From: Octopus vulgaris
Lineage: Eukaryota
Length of the DNA: 64,000 nucleotides
Assembly: GCA_951406725.2 (NCBI GenBank)
Contig: OX597825.1
Coordinates: 10,354,001 to 10,418,000, forward strand
Reading direction: 5' to 3'
Part shown: one piece after another, positions 26,646 through 40,430 of the stretch
Numbering within the stretch: position 1 is the first letter of the stretch
Layout of the letters: each line of letters starts with the position of its first letter
The notes under the pieces: generated by a model
Database searches by the model: none
Told to the model about the DNA's origin: nothing
Seen by the model: only the letters and a program-made list of their open reading frames with translations
Translations under genes and position numbers: made by a program

Positions 26646-27033
26646 AGTGGCTGTGTGGTAAGTAGCTTGCTAACCAAGCACATGGTTCAGGGTTCAGTCC
26701 CACTGCGTGGCATCTTGGGCAAGTGTCTTCTGCTATAGCCCCGGGCCGACCAATGCCTTGTGAGTGGATTTGGTAGACGGAAACTGAAAGAAGCCTGTCG
26801 TATATATGTATATATATATATATGTGTATGTGTATGTTTGTGTGTTTGTGTTTGTCCCCCTAGCATTGCTTGACAACCGATGCTGGTGTGTTTATGTCCC
26901 CGTTACTTAGCGGTTCGGCAAAAGAGACCGATAGAATAAGTACTGGGCTTACAAAGAATAAGTCCCGGGGTCGATTTGCTCGACTAAAGGCGGTGCTCCA
27001 GCATGGGCCGCGGTCAAAATGACTGAAACAAGT

Positions 27034-27040
<7 letters not shown>
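26646..27040 (+). mobile_element. SINE family A
   Basis: Near-identical to 45061-45469; followed by (GA)n. Confidence 0.9.
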
Positions 27041-27070
<30 letters not shown>

Positions 27071-27080
27071 GTATATATAC

Positions 27081-27240
27081 ACGAGGGGTTGCTGAAAAGT
27101 TCCTGGCTTAGGGTAAATGAAAAATACAGGAGAATCAGTTAATTGCGATTTTGTTCAACATATGCCCCTCTCAGAGTCACACATTTATTGCAGCGGTCCT
27201 TCAGTTTTTCCATGCTCTGTAAGAAAATTCAGAAGGTTCG
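27081..27240 (-). mobile_element. Mariner 3' end fragment with TIR
   Basis: TIR-like ACGAGGGGTTGCTGAAAAGTTCCTGGC next to TA; minus strand encodes MEKLKDRCNKCVTLRGAYVE, a mariner C-terminal motif. Confidence 0.7.
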
Positions 27241-27552
27241 GCTTCAACCCAGGCCTTTCGTGATACTCTTAAAGCAAGAGAATTATCATGACCCACCTCT
27301 TGGTGTGAGTATGTGTTTATGTGTCTTCGTGTCTTTCTTTATTCCCTACCACCGCTTAACAACCGGCGTCTTTACATCCGCGCTACCCAACGACACGGCA
27401 AAAGAGATTCGTAGGATAAGTACAAGGCTTTAAAAAACATAAGTACTGGAGCACATTCGTTCAACTAAAAATTCCCCAATGTTGTGCCCTAGCATGGCCG
27501 CAGTCTAATGACTAAACAACAAATATGATAATATAATATGTATATATATGTA

Positions 27553-27748
27553 TGTGACCTCGGCTGTATCACTAGCGATTTTTTTCCTCTATCTTCCCTT
27601 CTCGGGATCTTTCCTTCTCCTATGTTTCCGACGAAGAGCTCCGCTCGAAACGTCAGATCCTCCTTCTTCCCTTCTTTCCTGAGCGTCCAATAATACTTTA
27701 TTTGTTCCACGTCCTTGCGTTGTTGTCTTTTCGTTTTCTTGTTTGGAT

Positions 27749-27802
<54 letters not shown>

Positions 27803-27955
27803 CCAAACATGAACAAGCAAGAAAAGACAACAACGCGAGGACGTGGAATAAGTACAGTGGAAAGTACGATGATTTCACGTTTCAAGCGGAGCTCTTCATC
27901 AGAAATATAGAAAAAGTCCAAAGAAGGAAAGTCGGAGAAAGAAAATCGCCAAAGA
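27553..27955. mobile_element. Inverted pair of family X hammerhead elements around (TA)n
   Basis: Plus copy 27553-27752 (core CCGACGA-A-GAGC-TCC-GCTC-GAAA-CG-TC); minus copy ~27799-27955 (core CTGATGA-A-GAGC-TCC-GCTT-GAAA-CG-TG). Confidence 0.85.
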
Positions 27956-28319
27956 TTGTATGTGATTGTATGTGATTGTATGTGCATGTGTACATGCGTG
28001 TATATATGTGCGTGTGCATATGTGTGCGTGTGTGTGTATGCGGGTGTGTATACGTGTATGCGTGGGGTTGTGAGTGTTAGGTATGTGTGCATTTGTGTGT
28101 GTGTGCGCGCGTGCGTGTGTGTGCGCGTGCGTGTGTGTGCGCATGTGTGTGTATGTGCGTCTATATGTGTATGTATATGTGTGCGTACATGTGCGAGTGT
28201 GTGTATGTATGTATGTATGTATGAACAACGTGTTTATGTATATATGTATGTATATATAGATAGATAGATAGACAGACAGATATAAACAACTTATATATAT
28301 ATATATGTTATGTATGTAT

Positions 28320-28622
28320 ATCACGTGATCACGTGACCGACCATACCATGTGTATATGTGTGTATTGATCACAATGCGTTCGCATTGTTTTAGCCTTCGA
28401 ATGACGCCACCCCGCTGGCTAAGCGAGCAGGCCAACAGAAGAAAGAGTGGGAGAAAGAGTGGTGAAAGAGTACAGCAGGGATCACCACCCCCTGCCGGAG
28501 CGTCGTGGAGCTTTTAGGTGTTTTCGCTCAATAGACACTCGCAACACCCGGTCTGGGAATCGAAACCGCGATCCTACGACCGCGAGCCCGCTGCCCTAAC
28601 CACTAGGCCATTACGCCTCCAC
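28320..28622 (-). mobile_element. SINE family C head (H2) with a distinct tail
   Basis: Head matches 32536-32924; tail diverges left of ~28435. Confidence 0.85.
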
Positions 28623-28625
28623 ATG

Positions 28626-28678
<53 letters not shown>

Positions 28679-28712
28679 GTATGTATGTAGGTATAGATAG
28701 ATACATAAACAA

Positions 28713-28743
<31 letters not shown>

Positions 28744-28999
28744 AAGTGTATCCACTGGTGGGTGTGGGTGTGGTCTAGTTCTCGTTTTTCTTCATAAGTC
28801 ACCTTTTAAAGTTTTTCCGTTAATTGTGTTATTTTTGTGATTCGGTGTTTGTAATTTTTGAAGTTCTAGCGAGGGATTAATTCATTCGTTTATGACTTGT
28901 TGATTAATTGATGTCGGCTGCTGCTGTTGTCTATTTATCTGTTTATCCATTCAGGTATTTTTGTTTAATTATTTTTACGAGTGTCTGTGTGTGTGTGTA

Positions 29000-29306
29000 T
29001 TCTTTTACTTGTTTCAGTAATTTGACTGCGGCCATACTGGAGTACCACCTTGAAGGATTTATTTTAAATCGAACATATCGACCCCAGGACTGGTTTTTTA
29101 AAGCCTAATACTTATTCTATCGGCCTCATTTGTCGAACCACTAAGTGAGGGAAACATACACACACATATTTATACAACAGGCTTCTTTCAGTTTCCGGAC
29201 CAAGGTTATAGTAGAAGACGCTCACCCAAAGTGTCTCGCAGTGGGACTGAACTTGAAACTACGTTGTCCAGAAGTAATCTTCTTACCACACAGCCACCCT
29301 TGCCTC
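29000..29306 (-). mobile_element. SINE family A, diverged and deleted
   Basis: TTACTTGTTTCAGT..TTGACTGCGGCC...GTGGGACTGAAC...CTTACCACACAGCCAC. Confidence 0.75.
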
Positions 29307-29529
29307 TACACATACGTGTGTGTGTGTGTGTGTGTGTAAATGTATGTGTGTGTATGGTTGTATCATTTAAAACGTAATATACCTTGTATATCAACATTAG
29401 TCTTTAATACACACATATACACATTAATATACACACACATATACACACATTATACATACAGGTAAATATATAAATGTTGACATGTGCAAGCATAAGTGTG
29501 TATCACTTAATATTTGAAGGCTATTTAAT

Positions 29530-30131
29530 GCGACGAGCTGGCAGAATCGTTAGCATGCCAGGCGAAATGCGTAGCCGTATTTCGTCTGCCGTTACGTTCT
29601 GAGTTCAAATTCCGCCGAGGTCGACTTTGCCTTTCATCCTTTCGGGGTCGATTAAATAAGTACCAGTTGCGCATTGGGGTCGATATAATCGACTTAACCC
29701 GTTTGTCTCTCCTTGTTTATCCTCTCTGTGTTTAGCCCCTTGTGGGTAGTAAAGAAATGGGTATTTCGTCTGCCGCTACGTTCTGAGTTCAAATTCCGCC
29801 GAGTTCGACTTTGCCTTTCGTCCTTTCGGGGTCGATAAATTAAGTACCAGTTACTCACTGGGGTCGATGTAATCGACTTAATCTCTTTGTCTGCTCTTGT
29901 TTGTCCCCTCTATGTTTAGCCCGTTGTGGGCAATAAAGAAATAAGAAACGTCGGGCGAAATGCTTTGCTGTATTTCGTCTGTTTTTACGTTCTGAGTTCA
30001 AATTCCCCCGAGGTCGACGTTGCTTTTCATCCTTTCAGAGTCGATAAATTAAGTACCAGTTGCGTACTGGAGTCGAACTAATCGACTGGCCCCCTCCCAC
30101 ATAATTTCGGGCCTTGTGCCTAGAGTAGAGA
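29530..30131 (+). mobile_element. SINE family B, trimeric (Nin/Deu-like central domain)
   Basis: GAGCTGGCAGAATCGTTAG head followed by three units of GTATTTCGTCTG..TACGTTCTGAGTTCAAATTCC..CGAG.TCGAC.TTGC.TTTC.TCCTTTC.G.GTCGAT.AA.TAAGTACCAG. Confidence 0.9.
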
Positions 30132-30227
30132 ATAATATTTGTAGACTATCTGCGTATATTCACACCAGTGTGGATATGTGGATATGTTTTGTATGCGAGA
30201 ATCATCTATATCTTAACATAGGTTTGT

Positions 30228-30445
30228 ATAAATGTGCCTATATTTGTGTGTTTGTTTGTGTGTGCGTGAAAGTTGAAGTAATACATCAAAGAATTTAATT
30301 AATTACAAATTGAAAGCAAAACTTCTCTTAGAATGGTCTGAATTCTCTTTCTTTTTCATTTATGCTCATAAATTTATACCCACCCAAATTTGGAGCTATA
30401 TTCACAAACTAAGAACAAACAAACAGTAAGATACGATAAAACACA
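30228..30445. repeat. Inverted duplicate of 32299-32531
   Basis: CAAAGAATTTAATTAA...GAATGGTCTGAATTCTCTTT...AAATTTATACCCACCCAAAT...TTCACAAACTAAGAACAAAC is the reverse complement of the 32.3-32.5 kb sequence. Confidence 0.85.
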
Positions 30446-30754
30446 ACAAACCATCGTCTATCATTGTGTATAGCGTCATATCGATAGATGTTGTCATTGT
30501 ATGGAATAATGTTACTGTTTGTATTTTGAGATATAGAAACATGTTACTTCTGAAATCTGACAATAGGTGAATCGTTATTTGGTCCCAGCAGGCATTCATC
30601 CGGCTAACTTATGGTAAAAAATATGATTTTTTTCTTCAATCAAACAATATTTCGTACCGCATAATCTATTGTGTCCTGTTTTGTGCAAGTGAAGTGTGAA
30701 GTCAAGATTTATATTTTTTATTGTTTCTGGCAAATCTAGTGACAAAATAGATAT

Positions 30755-31237
30755 TCTCTCTCTCTCTCCCTCTCTGTCTTTCTCTCTCACTCTCTCAGAC
30801 TCTCTCTTTCTCTTTCTATCTTTATGTCCATCTCTCTCCCTTTCTTTCTCTCTCTTTCTTTTTCTCTCACCTCTTTTTCCATGTCTGTCTCTCTGTCTCT
30901 CTGTCTCTCTCTCCCGATCTCTCTGTTTCTCTCTTTCTCTCGTTCGCTCTCTCTTTGTATCTCTCCCTCTGTCTCTCCTTTCTATCCCTTCCTCTCTCTC
31001 TCTCTCTCTTCTCTCTTTCCCTCGCTCTCTCTCTCTCTTTCTGTCTCTCCCCCTTTCTCTCTCTCTCGCTCTGTATCCCTCCCTCTCTCTATCGCTCCCC
31101 CTCTCTCTCTCTCTTTCCCTCGCGCTCTCTCTCTCTCTCTTTCTCTCTCCCCCTTTCTCTTTCTCTCTCGCTCTGTATCCCTCCCTCTCTCTTGCTCTTT
31201 CTCTCCCCCTCCCTCTCTCTCTCTCTCCCCTTTCTCT

Positions 31238-31280
<43 letters not shown>
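30755..31280. repeat. (CT)n-rich tract
   Basis: Directly visible. Confidence 0.95.
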
Positions 31281-31284
<4 letters not shown>

Positions 31285-31721
31285 GAGCCGGTTAACTTGT
31301 CTGTTCGCATAATAACCCAATGTTACCAAACGTATGTCATCAAAACCAGATTTGTCTGCTCGCCATAACCTTCATTTTGTTTTAACGCTTTCACTCATTG
31401 AACTCCAGCCGCCCGGGACATCGCCGTCCACAGCAGAATACTGACAATCAATTATAACAAACGACGGTATTCATTCCAGTCTCGTAATTCCCTTATCGAT
31501 CTCTCTTTGACGAACCACCGATTAACGAGATGCAGAATAAAACTTGCACTGGTGCAAGCATTAACATGGCTGCACACACACAAACACACAGGTGCATGAA
31601 ACAAACTTGTGTGTGCACATATGTATGCATCTATGTGTATACATGTGTATGTATATATGTATGTCTATATATATATATGCAAAGTTAAGATCTTATCTAC
31701 GAAACTATTTCATCGGTTATA

Positions 31722-31888
31722 GGGGCAGGAGTGGCTGTGTGGTAAGTAGCTTCCTTACCAGCCGCATGGTTCCAGGTTCAGTCCCACTGCGTGGCACCTT
31801 GGGCAAGTAAGTGTCTTCTACTATAGCCTCGGGCTGACCAAAGCCTTTTGAGTGGATTTGGTAGACGGAAACTGAAAGAAGCCCGTCG

Positions 31889-31925
<37 letters not shown>

Positions 31926-32120
31926 TTTTCACCCCACCCCCCTCCAAAATCGCTTGACAACCGATGGGGGTGTGTTTACGTTCCCGTAACTTAGCGGTTC
32001 GGCAAAAGAGACCGATAGAATAAGTACTAGACTTACAAAGAATAAGTCTTGCGATCGATTTGCCCAATTAAAGGCGGTGCTCCAACATGACCGCATCCAA
32101 ATGACTGAAACAAGTAAAAG
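31722..32120 (+). mobile_element. SINE family A with (GAAA)n tail
   Basis: GGGGCAGGAGTGGCTGTGTGGTAAG...ATGACTGAAACAAGTAAAAG. Confidence 0.9.
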
Positions 32121-32535
32121 AAAGAAAGAAAGAAAGAAAGAAAGAAAAAAAGAAAGAAAGAAAGAATCGGTTCTCAACCTCTGTCTTATAGTATAGAGCG
32201 AATGAGGCAAACCTTAACCTCGGTGGAATGCTGCTCTATACATTGTGTCATTTCTAGACCAATTGCTTCTTGTTTTTGGTTTCCTGTTGTTAGAACGAGT
32301 GTTCTATTGTATCTTATTGTTTGTTTGTTCTTAGTTTGTGAATATGGCTCCAGATTTGGGTGGGTATAAATTTATGAGCAGAAATGAAAACGAAAGAGAA
32401 TTCAGACCATTCTAAGAGAGGTTTTGCTTTCAATTCTTAATTAATTAAATTCTTTGATGTATTATTTCAAGTTTCACACACATACACACGCACGCACAAA
32501 CAAACACATTCAGAAATATAAGCACATTTATTACA

Positions 32536-32924
32536 GGGAGGAAGCACTCCGTCGGTTACGACGATGAGGGTTCCGGTTGATCCGAATCAACGGAACAGCC
32601 TGCTCGTGAAATTAACGTGTAAGTGGCTCAGCACTCCACAGACACGTGTACCCTTAACGTAGTTCTCGGGGATATTCAGCGTGACACAGAGAGTGACAAG
32701 GCCGGCCCTTTGAAATACAGGTACAACAGAAACAGGAAGTAAGAGTGAGAGAAATTTGTGGTGAAAGAGTACAGCAGGGATCACCACCATCCCCTGCCGG
32801 AGCGTCGTGGAGCTTTAGGTGTTTTCGCTCAATAAACACTCACAACGCCCGGTCTGGGAATCGAAACCGCGATCCTATGACCGCGAGTCCGCTGCCCTAA
32901 CCACTGAGCCATTGCGCCTCCACA
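32536..32924 (-). mobile_element. Full-length SINE family C (tRNA-Arg-like head H2, tail T1) with 12-bp TSD
   Basis: Minus GGAGGCGCAATGGCTCAGTGGTTAGGGCAGCGGAC-TCG-CGG...GGTTTCGATTCC; TSD ACATTTATTACA at 32524-32535 and 32925-32936. Confidence 0.92.
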
Positions 32925-33910
32925 ACATTTATTACAAGAACCTTGTGATACAAGTGTCTTGTCAAGGACACAATGCGCCGCCGGGGTTCGAACCCACGAT
33001 CTTACGATCGTGAACCGAATATTCTAACCACAAAACCACGCAACTAGTTTTACTGTGATCATTAAGTGAACACTTGATATTTCGACAGCAACATCATCAA
33101 GAACAACATCACTATGTTTATCGTACACGCTGGAACGCAGAGCGCCGGGCAACATACTTCTTGGAATTTAGCTGCATGCCTTTACATTCTGAGTTCAAAA
33201 CAAACTGGGGTCAATTTTGCGTTTCATCCAATTCAGATCGATAAAACCAGTCATATTTCCACTCCTCCACCAAAATGTGTGACCTTATGCCAATGTTCAG
33301 ATCCATTCTTTATATCAAAGGGATAGGGAAGAATAACAACTGGAAGAACCAGGACCACGAAACATTACCAGTTTCAAAACGAAGCCATTTTATTTCCCCT
33401 CTGCGCTATCAACCTTTTTATGCAAAAACACGAAAAAGACACAATAACCACATGCTTCGGTTTTCCCCTCCACTCTTAAGTTGGGTTTTTTTTTCAGCAA
33501 TTGAATTTGGTTAATAGATTTGGTCCATTAGGTTTGCTTCTAATCTACAGTTTTTATATTTCACTTGAAACGAATATTGATTTTGAACTATAAATTTTAG
33601 AAAGACAAATGATCTAAATGAACTCATTGAGAAACTTCAGAACTGAAAATATCAACAACAAACATTCAGGAATTTTTTTTTTAAGTGAAAGGATTCTGTA
33701 TAAGTAGCAACTAATTGTACATTGAAACAGCTTTCGCTTGCCAGGTAAATGAGTACAAATCTCGTAGATTTGTTTTGTTTTAGATATTTTTACCAAAATA
33801 TTTTTTGGTAATCTTGCTGGAATATTTCACCAATACACAAACACATACGCTCATTACGTTGTTGCCATCCAAAATATATTATTCTTTTTGATGCCATTCT
33901 AAGTATATTA

Positions 33911-34118
33911 TTGTTGTTATGGCCATACAAGGTACAGTGTTGTTGTGGCCATACAAGGTACAGTGTTGTTGTGGCCATACAAGGTACAGTGTTGTTGTGG
34001 CCATACAAGGTACAGTGTTGTTGTGGCCATACAAGGTACAGTGTTGTTGTGGCCATACAAGGTACATTGTTGTTGTGGCCATACAAGGTACAGTGTTGTT
34101 GTGGCAATAGAAGGTACA
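33911..34118. repeat. 26-bp minisatellite, ~8 copies
   Basis: Unit TGTTGTTGTGGCCATACAAGGTACAG; GGCC recurs every 26 bp from 33921. Confidence 0.95.
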
Positions 34119-34249
34119 TTATCAGCTGTTAGTTGTCGGAGCACTGCATCCTTCAAAACTTCCATGCTTCCTGAGATTCGACAATAGTACACCTGATTTT
34201 CTCCCCTCCATACACACGCAAGCATGCATCTGACTCATACACTACATTG

Positions 34250-34316
<67 letters not shown>

Positions 34317-34336
34317 CAGTAGTAGTAGTATGAAGC

Positions 34337-34915
34337 TGACGAGCTGGCAGAATCGTTAGCCCACCGGGCGAAGTGCTTAGCGGTATTTCGTCTGCCGTTA
34401 CGTTCTGAGTTCAAATTCCGCCGAGGTTGACTTTGCCTTTCATCCTTTCGGGGTCGATTAAATAAGTACCAGTTATGCACTGGGGTCGATATAATCGACT
34501 TAATCCGTTTGTTTGTCCTTGTTTGTCCTCTCTGTGTTTAGCCCCTTGTGGGCAATAAAGAAATGGGTATTTCGTCTGCTGCTACGTTCCGAGTTCAAAT
34601 TCAGACTTTGCCTTTCATCCTTTTGGGGTCGATAAATTAAGTATAACAGTTGAGTACTTGGGCCTTGTGCCTATAGTAGAAAGGGTTATTATTATTATTA
34701 TTAAGGCAGTGAGCTGGCAGAATCGTTAGCGCGTTGGACGAAATGCTTAGAGGTATTTCGCCCGTTGCTACGTTCTGAGTTCAAATTCCGTCGCGGTCGA
34801 CTTTGCCTTTGATCCTTCCGGGGTCAATAAATTAAGTACCAGTGAAACAGTGAATTCGATAAAATCGACTTACCCCCTCTCCCAAAACTGCTACCCTTGT
34901 GGCAAAATTTGAAAC
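34337..34915 (+). mobile_element. Two tandem SINE family B copies between (TAG)n and (TTA)n
   Basis: GAGCTGGCAGAATCGTTAG heads at ~34341 and ~34711. Confidence 0.85.
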
Positions 34916-34965
34916 ATTATTATTATCATTATTATTATTATTAATATTAATATTATTATTATTAC

Positions 34966-35010
<45 letters not shown>

Positions 35011-35039
35011 CATTATTATTATTATCATTATTATTATTA

Positions 35040-35115
<76 letters not shown>

Positions 35116-36038
35116 CACGAAGCCGATGTAGTTTATCTGTTTGCCTGTTACATTTCAACAACTTGCAGTGGACTTTTATCGTTCACATGAAGTTTTTGAG
35201 GATTCCCTCTTAATCTTCAAACTTCCCTCGCTTACAAAAATGGCAATAGCTCGTCATATTCCTTTTCCACAAAGCTAAAGCAAATACGATTCAGCTTAAG
35301 GACGGTTCAATAGAATAAATTCGTTTCTCCATATTTACTTAATAACGTCAACCCTCCAGATAAAGTATGTTTTTCGACCAAACCTATTTCGCAAGAATCA
35401 CAAGTATCCCCAACCCGTAAAAGCATTTCGTAAGAAGTCTTGTTGGAATAAACTCCACTTTAGGTTATGGTTTAAGAATATCTATTTTCAGTTTTAAGAA
35501 GTCAGCTACACCAGGCTGGCATTATCGTTTCCTATCTGTAATAGACAAAAGCATAAACAGCGAAATTAAATTCACTTTATTTTGAAGTAAATTCACGTTC
35601 CAACTTCTGTTAAACAAGGACCCGTATTTATACTCCACTGTGCTCGCCAAGCTAACTCACCAACGTGGTCAATGACATTTAATTTTCGTGACAAATCTCT
35701 AAAGAATAAGAACGAATAAATTAGCTGTTTAGTAGATAAACGAAGCCTTAGGAATTGTGAAGTTTGTAAGGTGGAGATAGCAGTTGGTTGAATGAAAAAT
35801 TTATTTTGTATGCTTGATAAGGAAATTTAAATCTCGAGAGAAAATCACAGCATAGAATATCACAACGTAGAAAATTTTCAGATACACCTAAGAAATATTC
35901 TCTAACCATTATTTATAGGATTTTATTTACAGTTGTTTTATACTTACTGCGTCTTATCTTTTCTTCTCCCATTGCTTCTTCTTACGTTTATATTTTATCT
36001 ATTATTATTATTATTATTATTGTTGTTGTTGTTATTTA

Positions 36039-36230
36039 AGGCGGTGAGGTGGGGTAGCTCGTTTCGTCAGCGGTATTTCGCCCGTCGCTAAGTTTTGAGT
36101 TCAAATTCCGCCGAGGTCGACTTTGCATTTCATCCTTTCGGGGTCTATAAATTAAGTACCAGTGAAACACTGGGGTCGATGTAATCGATTAGTCCCCTAC
36201 CACGAAATTTCAGGTCATGAACCTGTAGAA
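36039..36230 (+). mobile_element. SINE family B monomer
   Basis: GAGTTCAAATTCCGCCGAGGTCGACTTTGC..CATCCTTTCGGGGTC. Confidence 0.8.
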
Positions 36231-37214
36231 AAAATTATTATTATTATTATTGCTTCTACCACATCATTTTGTTGCTGTGATTGTTACTACTTCTTTTTTT
36301 TTTGTTTTTATGGTTGTTGATGATGATGATGGTGATGTTGTTGTTTTTATTGTTGTTGTTGTTGTTTAGCCTTGGACCAACCTTAATAAAGGAGACTTAT
36401 AATCAAAGAAGTAACAGCCGTAACCGTGTTGTAATTTTTTTGTTTTTTGTTGTTGCTGATTTTTTGGGGGGTTTTTTTGGGGGGGGGGTTCAAACATAAG
36501 GTATACAGAATTATATTATCCAATGTACTCTGCCTTCTTTTAAAATGTCAGGGTCTTTTTTGAGATAGATTTAGGGCGGCCAGCTAACAGAATCGTAATC
36601 GTATCGGACAAAATGTTTCGCGGGATTTCTTCCGGCTTCACGTTCTAGGTTCAAAAGTGATCGAGGCTAACATTACCTTTCGTCCTTTCCAGATCAATAA
36701 AACAAGTACCAGATAATCAGTTGGGAGCCAATGTAATCCACCTCTGCTTCCATTCAAAATTCTTAGCATTGTGCTGAAATTTAAAAAGAATCACTTGAGA
36801 GAGATTTGGCTGCCATTTTTAACAGACAAATCGACTTCAAGAGTTTACTATATTTGATCGATTTTGTTGGTATTATTTGGGACGATGTCGCAACTTTTGT
36901 TGTCTTGTTATTTGTAGTTGTACAGCAGAAGTTTTTTTATATGTTTGATGCTCTCCAACGCCGCCCTCTCAAATCTCAATTTTTCTCATGTTCCCAGGAG
37001 TGTTCCGGTCAATATTCATAGACTTCAACAAGATAGAGCTTGTACGAGAGAAATGAAGAAATATTTTGCTCTAAGCAGAAACAATTTGCGATGTAAGATC
37101 ATTAATGGCATCAGACACCGAACAAGTTCTAACAATGTGTGAATGGTGCTGAATGTACAAGGAAGCTAATGTTGTTGCATTAGAATTTTAGTGTAAGAAT
37201 ATCCGTCCTTCTTT

Positions 37215-37667
37215 TGACATATATGTATGTACTTATGTATGTATATGTGTTTGTATGTATGTACTTACGTATGTATGTATGTATATGTGATTGTATGTAT
37301 ATATGTATATGTGTTTGTATTAGAATATTATTGTGTATGAATATCCGAGCTTTATTGACATATATGTATGCATGTACTTATGTATGTATGTATATGTGTA
37401 TGTATGTATGTATGTATGTATGTATGCATATATGCATGCATGTATGTACTTATGTAAGTTTGTATGTATGTATATGTGTTTGAATGTATATATGTATGTT
37501 TGTATGTATACATGCATATATGCCTGCATATATGTATGTATATATGTATGTATGCATGTATGTGTGTGTATGTATGTATGTATGTGTCTATTATATACTT
37601 AAGTATGTATGTATATATGTTTGAATGTATATATGTATGTATCTGTATGTATGTATGTATGTATCTG

Positions 37668-37696
<29 letters not shown>
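37215..37696. repeat. (TATG)n-rich tract
   Basis: Directly visible. Confidence 0.9.
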
Positions 37697-37699
<3 letters not shown>

Positions 37700-38008
37700 C
37701 TTGGGAGAGGCAGGGCTTTGCGATCACGTTTATTTTTAAATGATATCATAAACCTGATTACCAAATGTTTTCAGATAAGTGGATTAGGAGAAGGGAAAAT
37801 GGCGGCCCTGTAAAATAAAATCTTGCGACTAACTTAACATAAATTCACAAATCAACGAGGGAGTAATCACAGAATCGCTCTGTCAGCCATAAATATCAAT
37901 GGAATCACTCTCCAATGACATTGTGTCAATTTGAATCAAGATGATGATGAAGAAGAAGAAGAAGAAGAAGAAGAAGAAGAAGAAGAAGAAGAAGAAGAAG
38001 AAGAAGAA

Positions 38009-38190
38009 GGCACAAGGCCTTAAGGAGAAGGGACTAGTCGATTATATCGACCCCAGTACTTACTTTATCGACCCCGAAAGGATGAAAAGCAAATTCGACC
38101 TCGGCGGAATTTGAACTCTGGAATATAAAGCCGGAAAAAATGCCGTAAAGCAGTTTGTCCGGTGTGCTCACTATTCTGCTAGCTCACCAC
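38009..38190 (-). mobile_element. SINE family B monomer next to (GAA)n
   Basis: CGACCCCGAAAGGATGAAAAGC...CGACCTCGGCGGAATTTGAACTC. Confidence 0.8.
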
Positions 38191-38211
38191 CGACTACTAC
38201 TACTACTAATG

Positions 38212-38273
<62 letters not shown>

Positions 38274-38339
38274 TATAATAACAACAACAACAACATCAGA
38301 CAAGATTTTCCACAGCTCAACTCATCGACAGAGCTACAG

Positions 38340-38860
38340 TCCTGGATTTAGAGTAGACCGAGAAAGGGTGTTTGACACTTGGAGTGTCGGCAAGTGATCA
38401 AAGCCCTCTCTGACCGTCGGGCAATGCGGTCAGTGGAAGTCTTATATTGGAGTCTTATGGGAAAGTAGTGGCGGGCAAGAGCGACAACGCCCCCGAGGAA
38501 ACCTCTATGCTTCGGAAGGGATCAAATAGCTGGTCTTTTCCTGAGGGCTTTTGGACGGGGCAGAGGTAGCTCTGCCGGTTCGGGACAACCTCCACAAGCA
38601 CAGAAGCGCTGTCAGACGGACATATCCGAGATGTGCACAGGGCGATGAAACCGTTCTACATGCACTCGTCCAGTATCCGGATATTACGAAGACTTGTGGA
38701 GCTTTGTCGAACAGCTGTTGACGCGGATCCGTTGAGTTATCAGCCAAGTCCATCGTGAGAATCGCCTCGTCGCCTTCTTTTGACCGGGAAGTGAAGGGAG
38801 TTTTCCTCTGTCTGGTGGCTATGGTGAAAGAGGTTGTGTGGTGGACAAGGCTCAATGTAC
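38340..38860 (+). pseudogene. L1/Tx1-clade ORF2 C-terminal (zinc-knuckle) fossil
   Basis: Manual translation ALPVRDNLHKH......YPRCAQGDETVLHALVQYP...SFVEQLL...FLCLVAMVKEVVWWTRL. Confidence 0.7.
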
Positions 38861-39010
38861 ATAAGACACTTTTGGGGAATTTTATTGTTTACTTATTCTT
38901 GTTAATTGTTGTTTTTACTGCATACACGTAATTTTGTGTTAAGCCCCACCCGTCCCTTGTTTTGTACTGTCCCATTTTTTCTGTATTCGACCCTTGTGGC
39001 CAATAAAGAA

Positions 39011-39061
<51 letters not shown>

Positions 39062-39569
39062 ATGATTATTATCATTATTATTATTATTATTATTATTATT
39101 GCCGTTGGTGTAATGGTAACAAACATGTCGCAAGCATAAAGATTATTATTATTATTATTATTATTATTATTGTGATAACCTCCAATGAAATTTCATTAAT
39201 TATTGTAATATATAATATTCAGAGACTAATTCAAGATTTTTCAGAAATTACAAGGTTTTAGTAACCAACGCCTATAAATCGGAATTGTTGTGACAAACAC
39301 TAATTTTATAACTAAGAGACAATTTAAAACAGGTTATTACCATTTTAACATTATTAGCGTAATCATCCTCTCGAGAAACAACAAAATTCTGTATTAATGT
39401 ATTTCCTAAATTCAAATGTACGGATATATATATACACATCTACACGCATATGTGTGCACGCGGGTGTGTGTGGGGGGTATGTGTTGTGTGTGTGTTCATG
39501 CGTGAGTGAGTGACTATATGTGTATAGAGATAGATGTATGCAAACATATATATATATATATATATATGC

Positions 39570-39602
<33 letters not shown>

Positions 39603-40143
39603 TATATGCATGTACATATATACCTGCATATATGTGCATGTATATATAAATATTACACACACACACACTCATATATATATATATATGTATGTATATGTGT
39701 GTGTGTATACACAACATATATACGTATATGTATATATATGTTTGGTGATATGATTTTTATCATACACACACACACACACTCACACACACAAACACACACA
39801 AACATAGAATCGTTAATTTTTTTCTTCTTATTGCATCGCTCTAATAAGTTGTTTCCGTTATTTGCCCCACCAACATCGAGAAAAACATCTCCATTTTGCC
39901 TTCAATTTCAGTTCTGCTAATTATATTCCGAATTGTTTGTTTACATTCTACAACTGATGTCTACATGTAACGAAAACATCGACGCAAACCACGGCGCAGA
40001 TTCCATTTTTCACACTTCAATTACAAATCAAAAGAAACCGTGAACATACAGAATTAACGCATCGATTTTTCTATCTACATAACATACATACGTGAGAAAA
40101 CACACACACAAATGTACATACATACATATGCGTGTGTGTGTAC

Positions 40144-40430
<287 letters not shown>

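Noticed and set aside
33911-34118. 26-bp repeats as a CRISPR array
   Set aside because: Units are contiguous with no unique spacers, there are no cas genes, and the context is eukaryotic.
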